A stretch of 64,000 nt of DNA from Camelus ferus (Eukaryota), in assembly GCF_009834535.1 (NCBI RefSeq), contig NC_045696.1, positions 88,414,001 to 88,478,000 on the forward strand, read 5' to 3'. Below the pieces are notes generated by a model. That model saw only the letters and a program-made list of their open reading frames with translations. It was not told the origin of the DNA and made no database searches. The position numbers and the translations under genes were made by a program. This document shows positions 13,377-24,479 of this stretch, one piece after another; position 1 is the first letter of the stretch; every line of letters begins with the position of its first letter.

Positions 13377-13589
13377 AAAGAACTCTTAGAAACACACACT
13401 ATCTTTTTCATTAAAAGTTCTAGCATTAATAACTATTATTATATATATATATCTTTGGAACTAATTGTCATTCTTCCTTATCCCTCTCTTCCACACATAC
13501 AAAAAGCCCTTTTCAATGTGGGCAGTATGACTATAACCAACACTAAAATATTTATTATAGAATTTATTATATACTCTATAAAATAGACT

Positions 13590-13990
13590 TCCTAAGTATT
13601 TTATCAATAGGAAAAAATCACAAAAGAAAAGATGGATACATTTGACTCAGAACAAAAATTAAATGGTTGAATGTAAGGCAAAAGTATGAACAGAATTGAA
13701 ATGCAAACAACAAACTAGGAAAATAATTGTCACAAATATGAGAATGGGTTAACAGCATTTAATATATATAAACATCTCATGCAGATACATAAAACACTGA
13801 ACTCTTGATAAAAACAGATACAATATAAGTGGATAATTTAATGAACACAGTTTAAAATTAATAAATTTTATTAATAATCTAGGAAACACAAAAAATATGA
13901 TACACTTTCTAACCTATAAAGTTAGGGAAAAGACAATAAATGTTAATGAGGGTAGATGAATTGTTAATTTCATGCACTGCAGGTGTAAGA
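13590..13990 (+). mobile_element. Highly diverged L1ME ORF2 3' fragment
   Basis: A-rich aaaagaaaagatggatacatttgact...gcaaacaacaaactaggaaaata. Confidence 0.55.
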
Positions 13991-14149
13991 AAGTGCTGAC
14001 TTTAAATGTAAAAAAGAGTGTTTTCGAATTGGAAAGCCTTTATTTTTTTCAGCCAAACACTAAAGATTGGTTTAGTCAATAATCATCAATAAATGCCAGA
14101 TCTAGAAGGAAATTTTTGATGAAAAGTGGGATATTTTCAGTCTTCCAAC

Positions 14150-14668
14150 TATAGGGGAGGAAAAATAATTTTCCCTTTACCCTTTTAGGTTTTGTGATAA
14201 GATCCCCCCCCCCCAATAATAAAAGACAGATTAATAAGAGAAAAGCAAACAAACTTTTTTTTAACTCATCCATCTCATGTATACATGAGCCATACCCAGG
14301 AAAACTGAGTAAAACTTCCTGAAATGGCCCAAAGCACCATCATCTTCAGCTAAAGACAGAAGAATAAGTGGAGTGGGGGCAGTTATGAGGGGTTATCAGG
14401 AAAAACAGTAAATAGAGTAAAGTTGTTATGCAGATTTAAGCCAGCACCTTCTCCACTGATAAGAATTCCCTGTGATTTAGGATCATTCTTCTCTTCCTGG
14501 TACAGAGAGGGAGATACCCTAATCAATGGAGATTTCATTTAAAAAAGGGTAAATTCAATTGTTTGTAGATTTTCTCCTGCATCTGCTGTTTCTTAAAAAA
14601 CAACCAGCTGATAATAATCCTTATACCAAAGAGGTATATTTTGGGATGGCATATTCTGCTACTTTTCA
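14150..14668 (-). mobile_element. MER34/MER39-like ERV1 LTR (3' LTR with adjacent polypurine tract)
   Basis: Reverse complement starts tgaaaagtagcagaatatgccatcccaaaatatacctctttggtataaggattatt and is preceded by purine-rich gaaagatgggag. Confidence 0.75.
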
Positions 14669-14803
14669 CTCCCATCTTTCATACATCCCCAATACAAGTC
14701 AGAGTCCTTGTGAAGTTGGTGGCTCCTCCGTCTCACTGAACTAGTGTCTTAGTTCTGAGAGAAGGTCCATTCAGTTAAGAGTTGTGTCTCTTTCAGGAGA
14801 TGG

Positions 14804-15305
14804 TATAGGGGAGGAAAAATAATTTCCTCTATTCCCTTCTAGGTTCTTGGCTGAGACCCCCTCTGTAATAAAAAGACAGATAAACAGGAGATAAATTTAA
14901 TTATGTGCGGAAATATGAGAGCCCCACAAAGACATGAGACTCAAAGAAGTGACCAAAGCAGGCAGCTTTCACAGAGTTTAGACAAACAATAAATTTGTGA
15001 AGAATTGACAAGACAAGGGCGTTTGGGCTTGGGGTAGTAAAATGGGGAAGAAGTAGCAAGGTTTGTTTATACAGGCTTCTTGGCCCTAAATTCCCTATCT
15101 GATAAGGATGATGAGGATGCATTCTATCTCCTACCCTCCTGGTACAAGGAAGTTACCTTTCACAAGGGAGATTTATCTCCTACTTTTAGGGGAACAAGGA
15201 GGGTCAGAGTGCCCTCCTTGCAACAGCTATTTCTCAAGTAACTTTAACTCAAAATAATCAAAATGCCAACATGGCATATTTTGGGGTGAAATATTCTGAA
15301 CCCAT
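14804..15305 (-). mobile_element. Second MER34-like LTR
   Basis: Shares termini with the 14150 copy (tataggggaggaaaaataattt ... atattttggggtgaaatattctg). Confidence 0.75.
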
Positions 15306-15785
15306 AAAGCAGTGATACAGGTGGGCTCCCAAACGTAGGTCTATCTGGTTCAAGCAATCAGGTATTTAATGAGGTATTTCTATGGAAACAAAAGAAAAAT
15401 AAAGGTTAATTATTGGAGCAGACTATAAATCCAGTTTCTGTGTCCTGAGGGCAGCCAGTGATTTCCAGGAAACTTTATGAGTGGCTCACACAAGAACAGG
15501 CATAGAGGTTGTCCATACGTGGACTGTTGCAGTGATTTCTCTGAAGTTTGTATCACACTGTCCAGCTTCAGTCTGCAAGGAAAAGGGCAGCCTTTGTTCT
15601 TAATGACGTCAAGTCAGAGGGTGGAAGAAAATGAGAAATGTTAGTTTGGAGAGTTTCATAGCCAGATGGTTGAGGAAATCAGAAGAATTCAGAATACAGT
15701 CCAGTTTACAGGTAGACAACAAAACCTCCAAGACAATTAACAAGACTAGGTTCTGATATCCACCAAAGGTGCGCTACTGAACTAA
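15306..15785 (-). mobile_element. ERV1 (MER4-group) internal fragment
   Basis: gttagtttggagag...agaagaattcagaatacagtccagtttacaggtag resembles recalled MER4-group internal sequence; lies next to the LTRs. Confidence 0.5.
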
Positions 15786-15788
15786 CTC

Positions 15789-16102
15789 TGCACAGAAGTA
15801 GAGAATAACCTTTGTTTTGTTGGAGGTTTACAGGGACACCATGACCTGGCCCACGGATGGCTGCAAGGACAAAGAATGCCTGCAGCAAGAAGATTACAAC
15901 AATCAACCACACCCCCTCCCTTATTTTTTGTATAAAAGGAGCCTATATTCTGACTAGAGCAGGATGGTTCTCCAAGACATTAGTCTGCCATCCTCTCGGT
16001 CTGCTGGCTTTCCAAATAAAGTCGCTATTCCTTGCCCCAACACCTCATCTCCCGATTTACTGGCCTGTTGTGTGGCGAGCAGAACGAGTTGGACTCGGCA
16101 AC
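15789..16102 (+). mobile_element. ERV1 solo LTR (3' part)
   Basis: TATA box (tataaaagg ~15931), aataaa ~16015, terminal ggactcggcaaca. Confidence 0.75.
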
Positions 16103-16381
16103 AAACCCAGCTAACTATGTGAACAACACCTTGACCAGAGATCAGAATGAACATCACAAATGAAGGACAGAAGGCACACAGATTGTGTGCCTCCAGGTGT
16201 GGTCTTCTGAGGACACACATCACTAATGTACCATTCTAGGAACTATTAGACAAACTCAAAGTATATTTGAACTTTTCTTTAAAGGGATTTTTTTCCCAAA
16301 AATGTCAATGTCATAAAAGACAATGAAAAGCCAAGGAAATGTCCGATATTAAAGGAGACTGTAGAGATGTGACAACTAAAT

Positions 16382-16599
16382 AGAGATGACCCTCCAACAA
16401 CTCGAGGGTTAGAGGCACCGACCTTCTGTGCAGTTGAAAATCTGCCCATAACTTCACAGTGGGACCTCCGTGTCTGTAGTTCCACATCCTCGGATTCAGC
16501 CAACTGAGGACGCGGTAGTCCTGCAGCATGTATTTAGTAGAGATCCCCGTATAAATGGACTTGCACAGTTCAAACCCATGTTGTTCAAGGGTCCACGGT
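16382..16599 (+). mobile_element. MER8-like TcMar-Tigger MITE
   Basis: Degenerate TIRs gatgaccctccaacaac ... gttgttcaagggtccacg; internal gcagttgaaaatctgcccataact. Confidence 0.8.
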
Positions 16600-16628
16600 T
16601 TAAAATCTGATCATAAATTGGATCCTAT

Positions 16629-17131
16629 TATCAACTGAAATAAATGCAGTCGACAATGCCTAAAAGTTGAGAGTTATGTTTTATTTGGTGGACATTTCTG
16701 AGGACTCGAACCCCTTCAAGCCTGGAATGACAGTCTCTCAGATGGCTCTGAGGGACTGCTCCAAAGCGGTAGGGGAGGAGCTAGGATATGTAGGAGCTTT
16801 ACAACAAAGACCAGGTAGTTGGAACATTTAAAGATTACTTGTTAATTAAAGAAAACCAGGCATCTCAAGTTAAAGAATTTAGTGCTTTTCTAAGTATGGG
16901 AGGAAGCAAACATTTGGGCTCACTGAATTCTTTCCTTTGACAAGCACCTAGCTATCTAGGGCCAGTATCCTGTCCTTTCTTATTCTGAGTTTCCTCAGGG
17001 TGCACCACTGTGAGTGGCTGCAGAGGCTGGGCTGCAGGCTTGTCTTCACTAGGGGGGTGGCAGCGGCTGATGATTTGATGGCTTCAGCATTTCTTGTTTA
17101 CTGATATGGTTTGCAGTATTTTTCATTCACA
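16629..17131 (-). mobile_element. Cetartiodactyl ERV1 (MER41-like) solo LTR
   Basis: 4-bp TSD ctat on both sides; homologous to 17759-18221 and 50877-51393. Confidence 0.85.
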
Positions 17132-17289
17132 CTATAATGGAGAAGGAAAAAATTGCTATAAATAAATTATTGGGTCAATTGACAAAACTGGAATGTGGAT
17201 GGTAGATTAGGAAATATAATTATATCACTGTTAACTGTACTAAAGTTGATAACTGCACTGCGGTTATGTAAGAGGCATATCCTATTCTT

Positions 17290-17637
17290 TGTAAGGCTAA
17301 AGTAATTAAACAAGGCGGTCATTAGACCAAGATGGTTTGACTACATAAGCAAACCAAAACCTAAGGCTGTAAATGCCTCAAGGTTAAGAAATCAAAACCA
17401 AAGGACAACAAACAACCAGCAGCAAATTAGGCTTTTCCAAATAAGGTGAACTAAAGTTATAGCCAATCAAGTAATTCCTTTGCTTTGTTTTTGCCTTTTC
17501 TCTATAAAATTTCTCCTTGAGCTCCTGTCGGGTGGAGCATTCGTAACCACTTCCAGTTTGGCACTGCCTGATTGGAATTGATTTTTGCTCAAATAAAGTC
17601 TTAAAAATTTTAATATGTCTCAGTTTGTCTTTTAACA
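17290..17637 (+). mobile_element. ERV1 (MER4-group) solo LTR
   Basis: TG...CA termini, CCAAT (agccaatc), TATA (ctataaaa), aataaa near the 3' end. Confidence 0.75.
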
Positions 17638-17758
17638 ATTCATTCAGACTGAAGTATTAGGGATAAATACAATGGGAAAAAATGGTTCAGAAAAATGGAC
17701 ATAATCTGTGAGTTTAAACCTATATATGTATCTATATATTATATCTATCTACATGTAG

Positions 17759-18221
17759 TGTGAATGAAAACTGTTGCCTGCCATACCAGCAAACAAAAGA
17801 TGTTGAAGCCATCAAGCCTCTACAGCCACCCACAACAGTGCACCCAGAGGAGACTCAGGGTGGGATAGAAGAGGACACTGGCCCTAGGTAGCTAAGGTGT
17901 ATATCAAAGGAATGATTTCATTGAGCCCAGACTCTTGCATCTTCCCAAACATAGAAAAGCACTAAATTCCTTAACTTGAGATGTCGGGGTTTTTTGGTTT
18001 TTTTGTTTGTTTGTTTTTTTAATGAACAGTAATCTTTTGATGTTCTGACTATCCAGTCTTTGTTGCAAAAACTCCTATATATCCTGGCTCCTCCCTTACC
18101 TCCTCAGAGCAGTCCCTTAGAGAGATCTGAGAGGTTGTCTCCAGGGCTTGAGGTCCTCAGAGTGGCTGCAGAATAAAATGTAATTCTCAACTTTTAGGTT
18201 GTGCATTTTTCCCAGTTGACA
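17759..18221 (+). mobile_element. Cetartiodactyl ERV1 (MER41-like) solo LTR
   Basis: tgtgaatgaaaactgttgcctgccat ... aataaaatgtaattctcaacttttaggttgtgcatttttcccagttgaca. Confidence 0.85.
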
Positions 18222-18242
18222 ACAGAGATATAGACAGAGCAA

Positions 18243-18845
18243 TGAAGGAACTAACAGCCCACTAGAATGGCATAAAGATGACTTTATTTATCTATTTATT
18301 TATTATTGAGTTACAGTCAGTTTACAATGTTGTGTCAATTTCTGGTGTACAAAAAGTTTTGGGGTTTTTTTTTTGTGTAGGGGGGAGGTAATAAGATGAC
18401 TTTAAATGAGAAACATTTGAACAAAAGACGCATAAAGAAATCTTATCTGAACTTCCCTTATCTCACTAATGCAGACCACCCCCCACCCCCCAAATACAAC
18501 TGCCATTAACCCTTCTCCAAGGGAGTTTCATGTTTGGGGGAAAATTGAATCTCAGCACCAGGAGATGACAATTCAGCTGCCATAAATTCCCCTCCAGGGG
18601 TTTTCCAGCCAGGAATGAGGCTGCTCATTTGTATCAGGTGACAAAGCCCAGTACTTTCCCACTGAAGCCTTTAACACCTCCCCCTCACTCTTCTCTATTA
18701 AGCTGCTATATATGACTGTTAGGAGTGGTCTCACAGGTATGTAAATTAGCCTTGTCTTTTCTCCTGTGAATCTGGCTATTGTCAGTTAACTCACACCACC
18801 CTACTCTGACCTAAGCTGGTAAAGGAAAAGTTTCTCCCCTCAGCA
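18243..18845 (+). mobile_element. MER34/MER39-like LTR
   Basis: ggcataaagatgacttt...; ttttctcctgtgaatctggctattgtcagttaa...gaaaagtttctcccctcagca. Confidence 0.65.
18287..18392 (-). mobile_element. Short chimeric retro-insertion: SINE tail plus L1 3' terminus
   Basis: 12-bp TSD aagatgacttta (18275-18286 / 18393-18404). Confidence 0.7.
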
Positions 18846-20037
18846 ACAAAGAGCAAATGATAAAGCAAATGGGATGCGACGCGAATGAGAGGTTAATCTA
18901 GGTGGAAGGTATATGGGTTTTCTTTGTACTATTCTTGCAAATGTTCTGTGAGTTTAAAATCATATCCAAATAGAAAGTTAAAAAATAAAAACAAAAACCA
19001 GAGCTGCTCATTAAAATATTATCTATAATGGCCAAAAAAGAAGAAAAAATGATTAAATAAGTTTTTATGAATCCATTTAGTGTTATTCAGTGTATCAAAC
19101 TGATGTTTTTAAAAACATTCCTTAACATGGGAGGATATTACATAAATGTTCCTTTTATAAAATTGGTAGAAATAAAAACCATTTATACAGGATGATCCCA
19201 GTTAGATCAAACATTAAATAGTTAATGTATTTAACCCAATGTCAACTAAAGTAAGAAGATCCTAATAAAATTGATTCCAGCTTCATAACTAGAAAACCAG
19301 AGTTGCTCTGAACAGCTCTAGGAGTTAAGACATGTCACAGGTAGGGGGAAAGGGAAGGCGGTGGAGTGAGTACTGCATTTCTCCATATCTTCTCTGGCTC
19401 TAAACTTTCCCGTTTGATAAATTACTTCTGTGTAAGAACCCCTTGTCTACTCTCTAGAGCACAGTCCGCAATATAGGTCACATCTCCTTTTTCTTGACTT
19501 ACATCTAAAACATAAGTCATTTGCATGTATTGGTGAAATAAAAGTCCTACCAACAAAGAGAGACCCCTCCACATCAATGCAGAAAACTGATTTAGTACAG
19601 CAGATATTGTGCTTTATAAGGCATATATATTGGTCAATAAGATGACCAAAATATATTTCTCATATATATTTGGTCTTCATCTACATCCTGGCTCACAGCT
19701 CCCAAAACTCTTGGAATTTCATAAGTGTGGAGAATGATAAAGGTGTCTTACATATACATACATATATTCCTTTTCATATACTTTTTCATTATAGGTTACT
19801 ACAAGATACAGAATACAGTTCCCTGTGCTATACAGATAAACTTGTTCCATCTGGGTGTTTCTGAGTTATATCTTTTTATAAAAAACCAGTAATCTAGTAA
19901 CTAAAATGTTTCTCTGAGTTCTATGAGTCACTCTAGAAAATTAATTGAACCCAAGAAGGATGTCATGGGAACCTCTAATTTATAGCCAGTTGGTCAGAAG
20001 CACAGGTAACAGCCTGGGCTTTCGGCTGGCATCTGAA

Positions 20038-20154
<117 letters not shown>

Positions 20155-20187
20155 GTGGTGGGGGTGGGAAGCGGTTCTTGTAGCACT

Positions 20188-21008
20188 TGTTAAAACACAA
20201 AACTCACTGAGTAAATTTAAAAGTCTACTTGGCTTTATTCAGTGATTCATAAATCGGCATCCCTTCTAGCAGAGAAAAAGGAACTCCAAGGAGCAGTACA
20301 AAATGAAAGGCTTTTATAGGCAGAAGGAGGTGGGAAGAGGATGTCTCTAGCAAAGGATGGATTATCTCAGGCAAGGTCACCTTCCTTTGTGGGAAGGTGG
20401 GGTCTATAAGGCAGTTTACCTGGTGCTGACCAAGTATAGGCATACTTCGGATATATTGCGGGTTCAGTTCCAGACCACGGCAATACACAGAATGTCACAA
20501 TAAAACGAGTCACACAATTTTTTGGTTTCCCAGTGCATATACAAGTTCTGTTTACACTATACTGTAATTTATTAAGTGTGCAATAGCTTTATGTCTAACA
20601 AACAATGTACATACCTTAATTAAAAAATACTTTATTACTAAAAAACAGTCATCTGAGCCTTCAGTGAGTCAATATTTTCGTTGATTGAGGGTTTGAAATA
20701 TTGCGAGAATTACCAGAAGGTGACACACAGACACAAGTGAGCAAATGCTGTTGGAAAAATGGCATCAATAGCCTTGCTTGATGTAGGGTTGCCACAAACC
20801 TTCAATTAAAAGAAAAACAAAACACAATATCTGTGAAACACAAAGAAGTGAAGCACAATAAAATGGAGTATCCTATAATTCCAGGTTGTTCGATGTCACA
20901 TTCCTAGGAGAGGCTGAAACTGCAATTAGGTTACATATTAAGTCTTCGTTTGCTGACATGAGGCTTAGCACTAGTGACCTCATTTGGGGCCCGTTTCTTT
21001 CATTAATG
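20188..21008 (-). mobile_element. ERV1-like solo LTR inserted in MER21
   Basis: Starts tgttaaaac; reverse aataaa (ctttatt) and reverse TATA (ttttatag); interrupts collinear MER21 sequence. Confidence 0.65.
20437..20875 (+). mobile_element. Tigger1 internal-deletion derivative (Tigger1a-like)
   Basis: aggcatacttcggatatattgcgggttcagttccagaccac ... aagtgaagcacaataaaatggagtatccta, TA-flanked. Confidence 0.9.
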
Positions 21009-22187
21009 GACTGAACCCTTAACCTGTGGAATCTGATGGTATCTCTGGGTAGGTAGTGTCAGAACTGAGTTGAATTCTCAGATACCCTATTGGTGTCTGA
21101 GAATTGCTTGGTGTTGTGTGGGAAACCCTCCCCCTCCATGTTAGAACTGGGTCCAGGAATCTAATTCAGTACTGAGTAAGCACAGCAGAGTGGTCCAAGC
21201 ATGTAGGTAGCCTATGAGTAACTATGAAGTCAGGATGAAGTTCACATGGTTGAGTAAAGCAGAAGAAAAGAAAAAACTTCTTTGATCTCCTTCAGAGACA
21301 TATAGTTACTCAAGACAGCTGGCTAGGTTAACTCGCAAGCTGTGTGCAGACATTTCACGGGGGTCGGAAGCCCAGACCTTGGAGATAACTCTGTGTGGAG
21401 CAACAGGACAAGGGGCTTATTGAACCCTGGAGAGATCTGCCTACATTCCAAAAAGTGAAAGTAGGACTCAAGGACCATTATGTTTCTAAAGAGACCCTTT
21501 CAAAGTGAAGGAAGAGGAATGTGCTTCTTTACAAGCAGAGAAAAATCATTCTTATTTCTCCTCATGCATGTGCAGCAGCTTTTTAGACTTTGAGGATGTT
21601 GTGTATGAAGTGTGGGACTACAGGATAGCAACATCTGGTGAACAGCTGAAAGTTGAGCTTTGTATTTCCATATCCTGGGCGTTAGTCTTCTGGTCACTGT
21701 GGTTACTGGAATTTTTCCCAGAGCACCTCCATCTCAGCAGGGTCTGGCCTCCTGCCTTGCTTTCTTATTCCTTTTCTGACCCCACACTCCCTGCTTCTCC
21801 TCTTTGGACACCTTCCTCCCCTAAGTTTCCCCAAGAAACTCTATTTCCCTTGTATTAGTCTGCAAAGCAATTTCACTTTCCACCCACTGCTAGAGCATCA
21901 AACACATTTCTACTCCCCAGTGCTTTAACAACTCAGGCATCGACTCCAGATCCAACTCTTTATCTGCAGAGAAAAATGGGCAGAGGTTTGGCAACTTCAG
22001 TCTTTTCCCTTCTTTCTTGAAGAGAGAGGGAGAGATGCATTGTTCAACTGCTGATATGAATTATGCCCTCCTTCCCTTCCATACCCCTCCCAGAAGACAG
22101 AAATGGCTATACTCAGGTTTTGTTTTAAATTACTATTATTCTCTGATTTTTCATATTTCTCTGCACTGATATCTATTTTTTCATGTC

Positions 22188-22350
22188 AAAGCTATTCAGT
22201 TATATATACATATATATATATGTATGTATATATATACACACATATATGTATTTTTTTAATTCTTTTCCATTACAACTCACTACAAGAAATTGAACATAGT
22301 TCCCTGTGCTACCCAGTAGGTCCTTGTTGTTTATCTATTTTATATATAGT
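22188..22350 (-). mobile_element. L1 3' UTR fragment without tail
   Basis: atagttccctgtgctacccagtaggtccttgttgtttatctattttatatatag. Confidence 0.85.
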
Positions 22351-22539
22351 CATGTGGAGATACCACTTTTATAGATGAGATTTTTTGGTTTTGTAGGACC
22401 AGGGGAGTTAAAAAATATAGTCAATAGCAAGATGAGTAGTAAGTAGGCATTCAAGGTTCAGTTTTAACCTAAGTTTGGAGTCCTAACGTTCTTAAATTGT
22501 CTTCAAAAGTTGCGCACCAAGAGAGCATGGAGACACAGC

Positions 22540-22900
22540 TAGAGAAAGTGTACATCATTTGAAGTAAATATTAGCCACTGAGGAATGACCATATACAGAC
22601 AAAGCTGCCTTTGTCGTTGTCACTAATACAAGTGCAAAATGACTCAAATGCCAGGAAATGTTGTCAAAGACTAGAGAAATTGTCAGAGCTTTGGGACTAG
22701 ATAATAGAATGTTCAAGTCTAGGGAAGGCTGGTGTGGCTCATCCATGCTTCATGAAGGACCCTCACTAAGATGCTGACCATCAGTTTGTTGAAAGTCACT
22801 TTAGGAAAAGCTATTTATCTTTCATCAAAACAGAATCCACAGAATGCAACACAACCTGTAAGTTTAACCAAATAGGTTATCAGTCAAAACAATGAAATTC
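22540..22900 (+). mobile_element. Ancient pogo/Tigger transposase remnant (CENP-B-type HTH region)
   Basis: One frame from 22598 reads DKAAFVVVTNTSAK*LKCQEMLSKTREIVRALGLDNRMFKSREGWCGSSMLHEGPSLRC*...EKLFIFHQ, resembling the pogo motif KAREIA...FKAS.GWC.RFM.R.GLSLR. Confidence 0.7.
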
Positions 22901-23106
22901 CTTGATGAGCCTCAAAATACGACGGTCTGCAACAGTTTGCCTGAAGGTTTCTGGAGAAATCACGATCAGGAGATCAGGAGCACCTGTTCTGGGCATTACC
23001 ATGTCTCTACGATGCTCTGCAGGGAATCTTCATATTCACAGTGAGGGAAAGTCCTGGACTTAGATTTCAACTGCAATACTGAAAAGCGGTGATTAGATAG
23101 ATGTAT

Positions 23107-23425
23107 TATCTTAGTCTGCTGGGGCTGCCATAACAAAATACCACAGACTGGGTGCCTTAAACAATAGAAGTTTATTTTTTCACAATTCTGGAGGCTGGAA
23201 GTCCAAGGTCAAGGCATTGTTTGATTTCTCCTGAAGCCTCTCAGCTTGGTTGCAAATGGTTGCCTTCCTGCTGTGTCCTCAAATGGCCTTTACTCTGTGT
23301 GTGCTCGCTCTCTGTGTCCAAATGTCCTCTTCAAAAGGACACCAGCCATATTGGATTAGGGTCCTCACTCTTAATTATTCCCTTTCAATTTAAGCACCTC
23401 TTTACAGGCCCTATCTTCAAATGCA
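23107..23425 (-). mobile_element. MLT1A-like MaLR LTR
   Basis: gggctgccataacaaaataccacagactgggtgccttaaacaatagaagtttatt. Confidence 0.9.
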
Positions 23426-23631
23426 TTACAAAGTCCACCATAGACCAGATCTTAAGAAACCTCATAAATAATCCTGCCTTTGCCCTCCCCACTCTAAAAT
23501 ACTGCTAAGACTTTTCAAGGTAGTCTTCTCCTTTACCACTGTAAGCAATAAACTCAGCTTTTTTTAACCAACGTGTCTATTTTGATTATTTATTTATGTT
23601 GGTGGTATTTTCAGGGAGCCAGCTCACAACA
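23426..23631 (+). mobile_element. LTR 3' fragment
   Basis: gcaataaactcagctt...ggagccagctcacaaca end. Confidence 0.5.
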
Positions 23632-23851
23632 TTTAGAAGACTTCTGAGAAGTTGCCCATCATACTTGAGTCCTGCATACATTATCCTTAACAAGTGACAT
23701 TCTGCTTTCTACTTGAATATTTCTAGGGCTTGGGAGCTCACTGTCTCCTGAGTTACTGTCCTTTAGACAGTGACATCTTTGGAGCTGTCTAAGTGTTTAA
23801 CAGGAGGTAATAATCTGATGGTAATATCATTTGAGTGAGTGAAAGGATGGA

Positions 23852-24392
23852 TGGTGAAATCAAGCAGGACCCCATGGGGCCCTCTCAGGTTCAAAAATTC
23901 CTCTGTGTCCCCCCATTTTTTGTTTGTAGAAAAAGGCTTTGGTTTCCTAGGCCTTCCTTGTTCCAAAGGGCAGACTTGAGGAGTTACTAATTAGGGAATC
24001 AAGAGAATGCAGAAACAAAGGAAAAGCAGCCAAGAAACAATAGTTCAGCAATAAAACAGAGTCCTAGCTCCTCCTCAGGGGATATGCACAACAATCTGAT
24101 GAATATCTTTGAGTTATTCTGCAGGAACTAGGACCCCCTCTCCCAGCTGCCCCCTCCCCCACCCTACCAGGTGGAGGATGGTGACTACCTGCTGAACACA
24201 AGCATGTAGACCCCAGACTGGTTGGAACCAGAAGGTTGATGATGAAGATTCCTGAAACACCACTCTGTCATCTCACCACCACCCCATCAAAAGAAACTCA
24301 TGCTTCCTGCAGCCCTTCATTTCCAGATGTTGCCTTTAAAAACCCCTCCCTGAAAACCAGTGGGGAGTTCGGGTCTTTTGAGCATGAGCCAC
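23852..24392 (+). mobile_element. ERV1 LTR, 3'-truncated
   Basis: aatcaagcaggaccccatgggg...cctttaaaaacccctccctgaaaaccagtggggagttcgggtcttttgagcatgag. Confidence 0.65.
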
Positions 24393-24479
24393 TGACTTCG
24401 GGAGATTCCCCTGCTTTCAATACCATACCTTAACCCTCAGTATCCCTGATATGTGAATCTTTCAGGGATTCTGCAGGGC

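Larger units (their letters stand above)
16110..18985 (+). mobile_element. L1MC4-like 3' UTR fragmented by multiple insertions
   Basis: Collinear pieces at ~16110-16380, 17135-17289, 17640-17755 and 18846-18985 (aatgtcaatgtcataaaagac; ttattgggtcaattgacaaaactggaat; tttgtactattcttgcaa). Confidence 0.7.
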
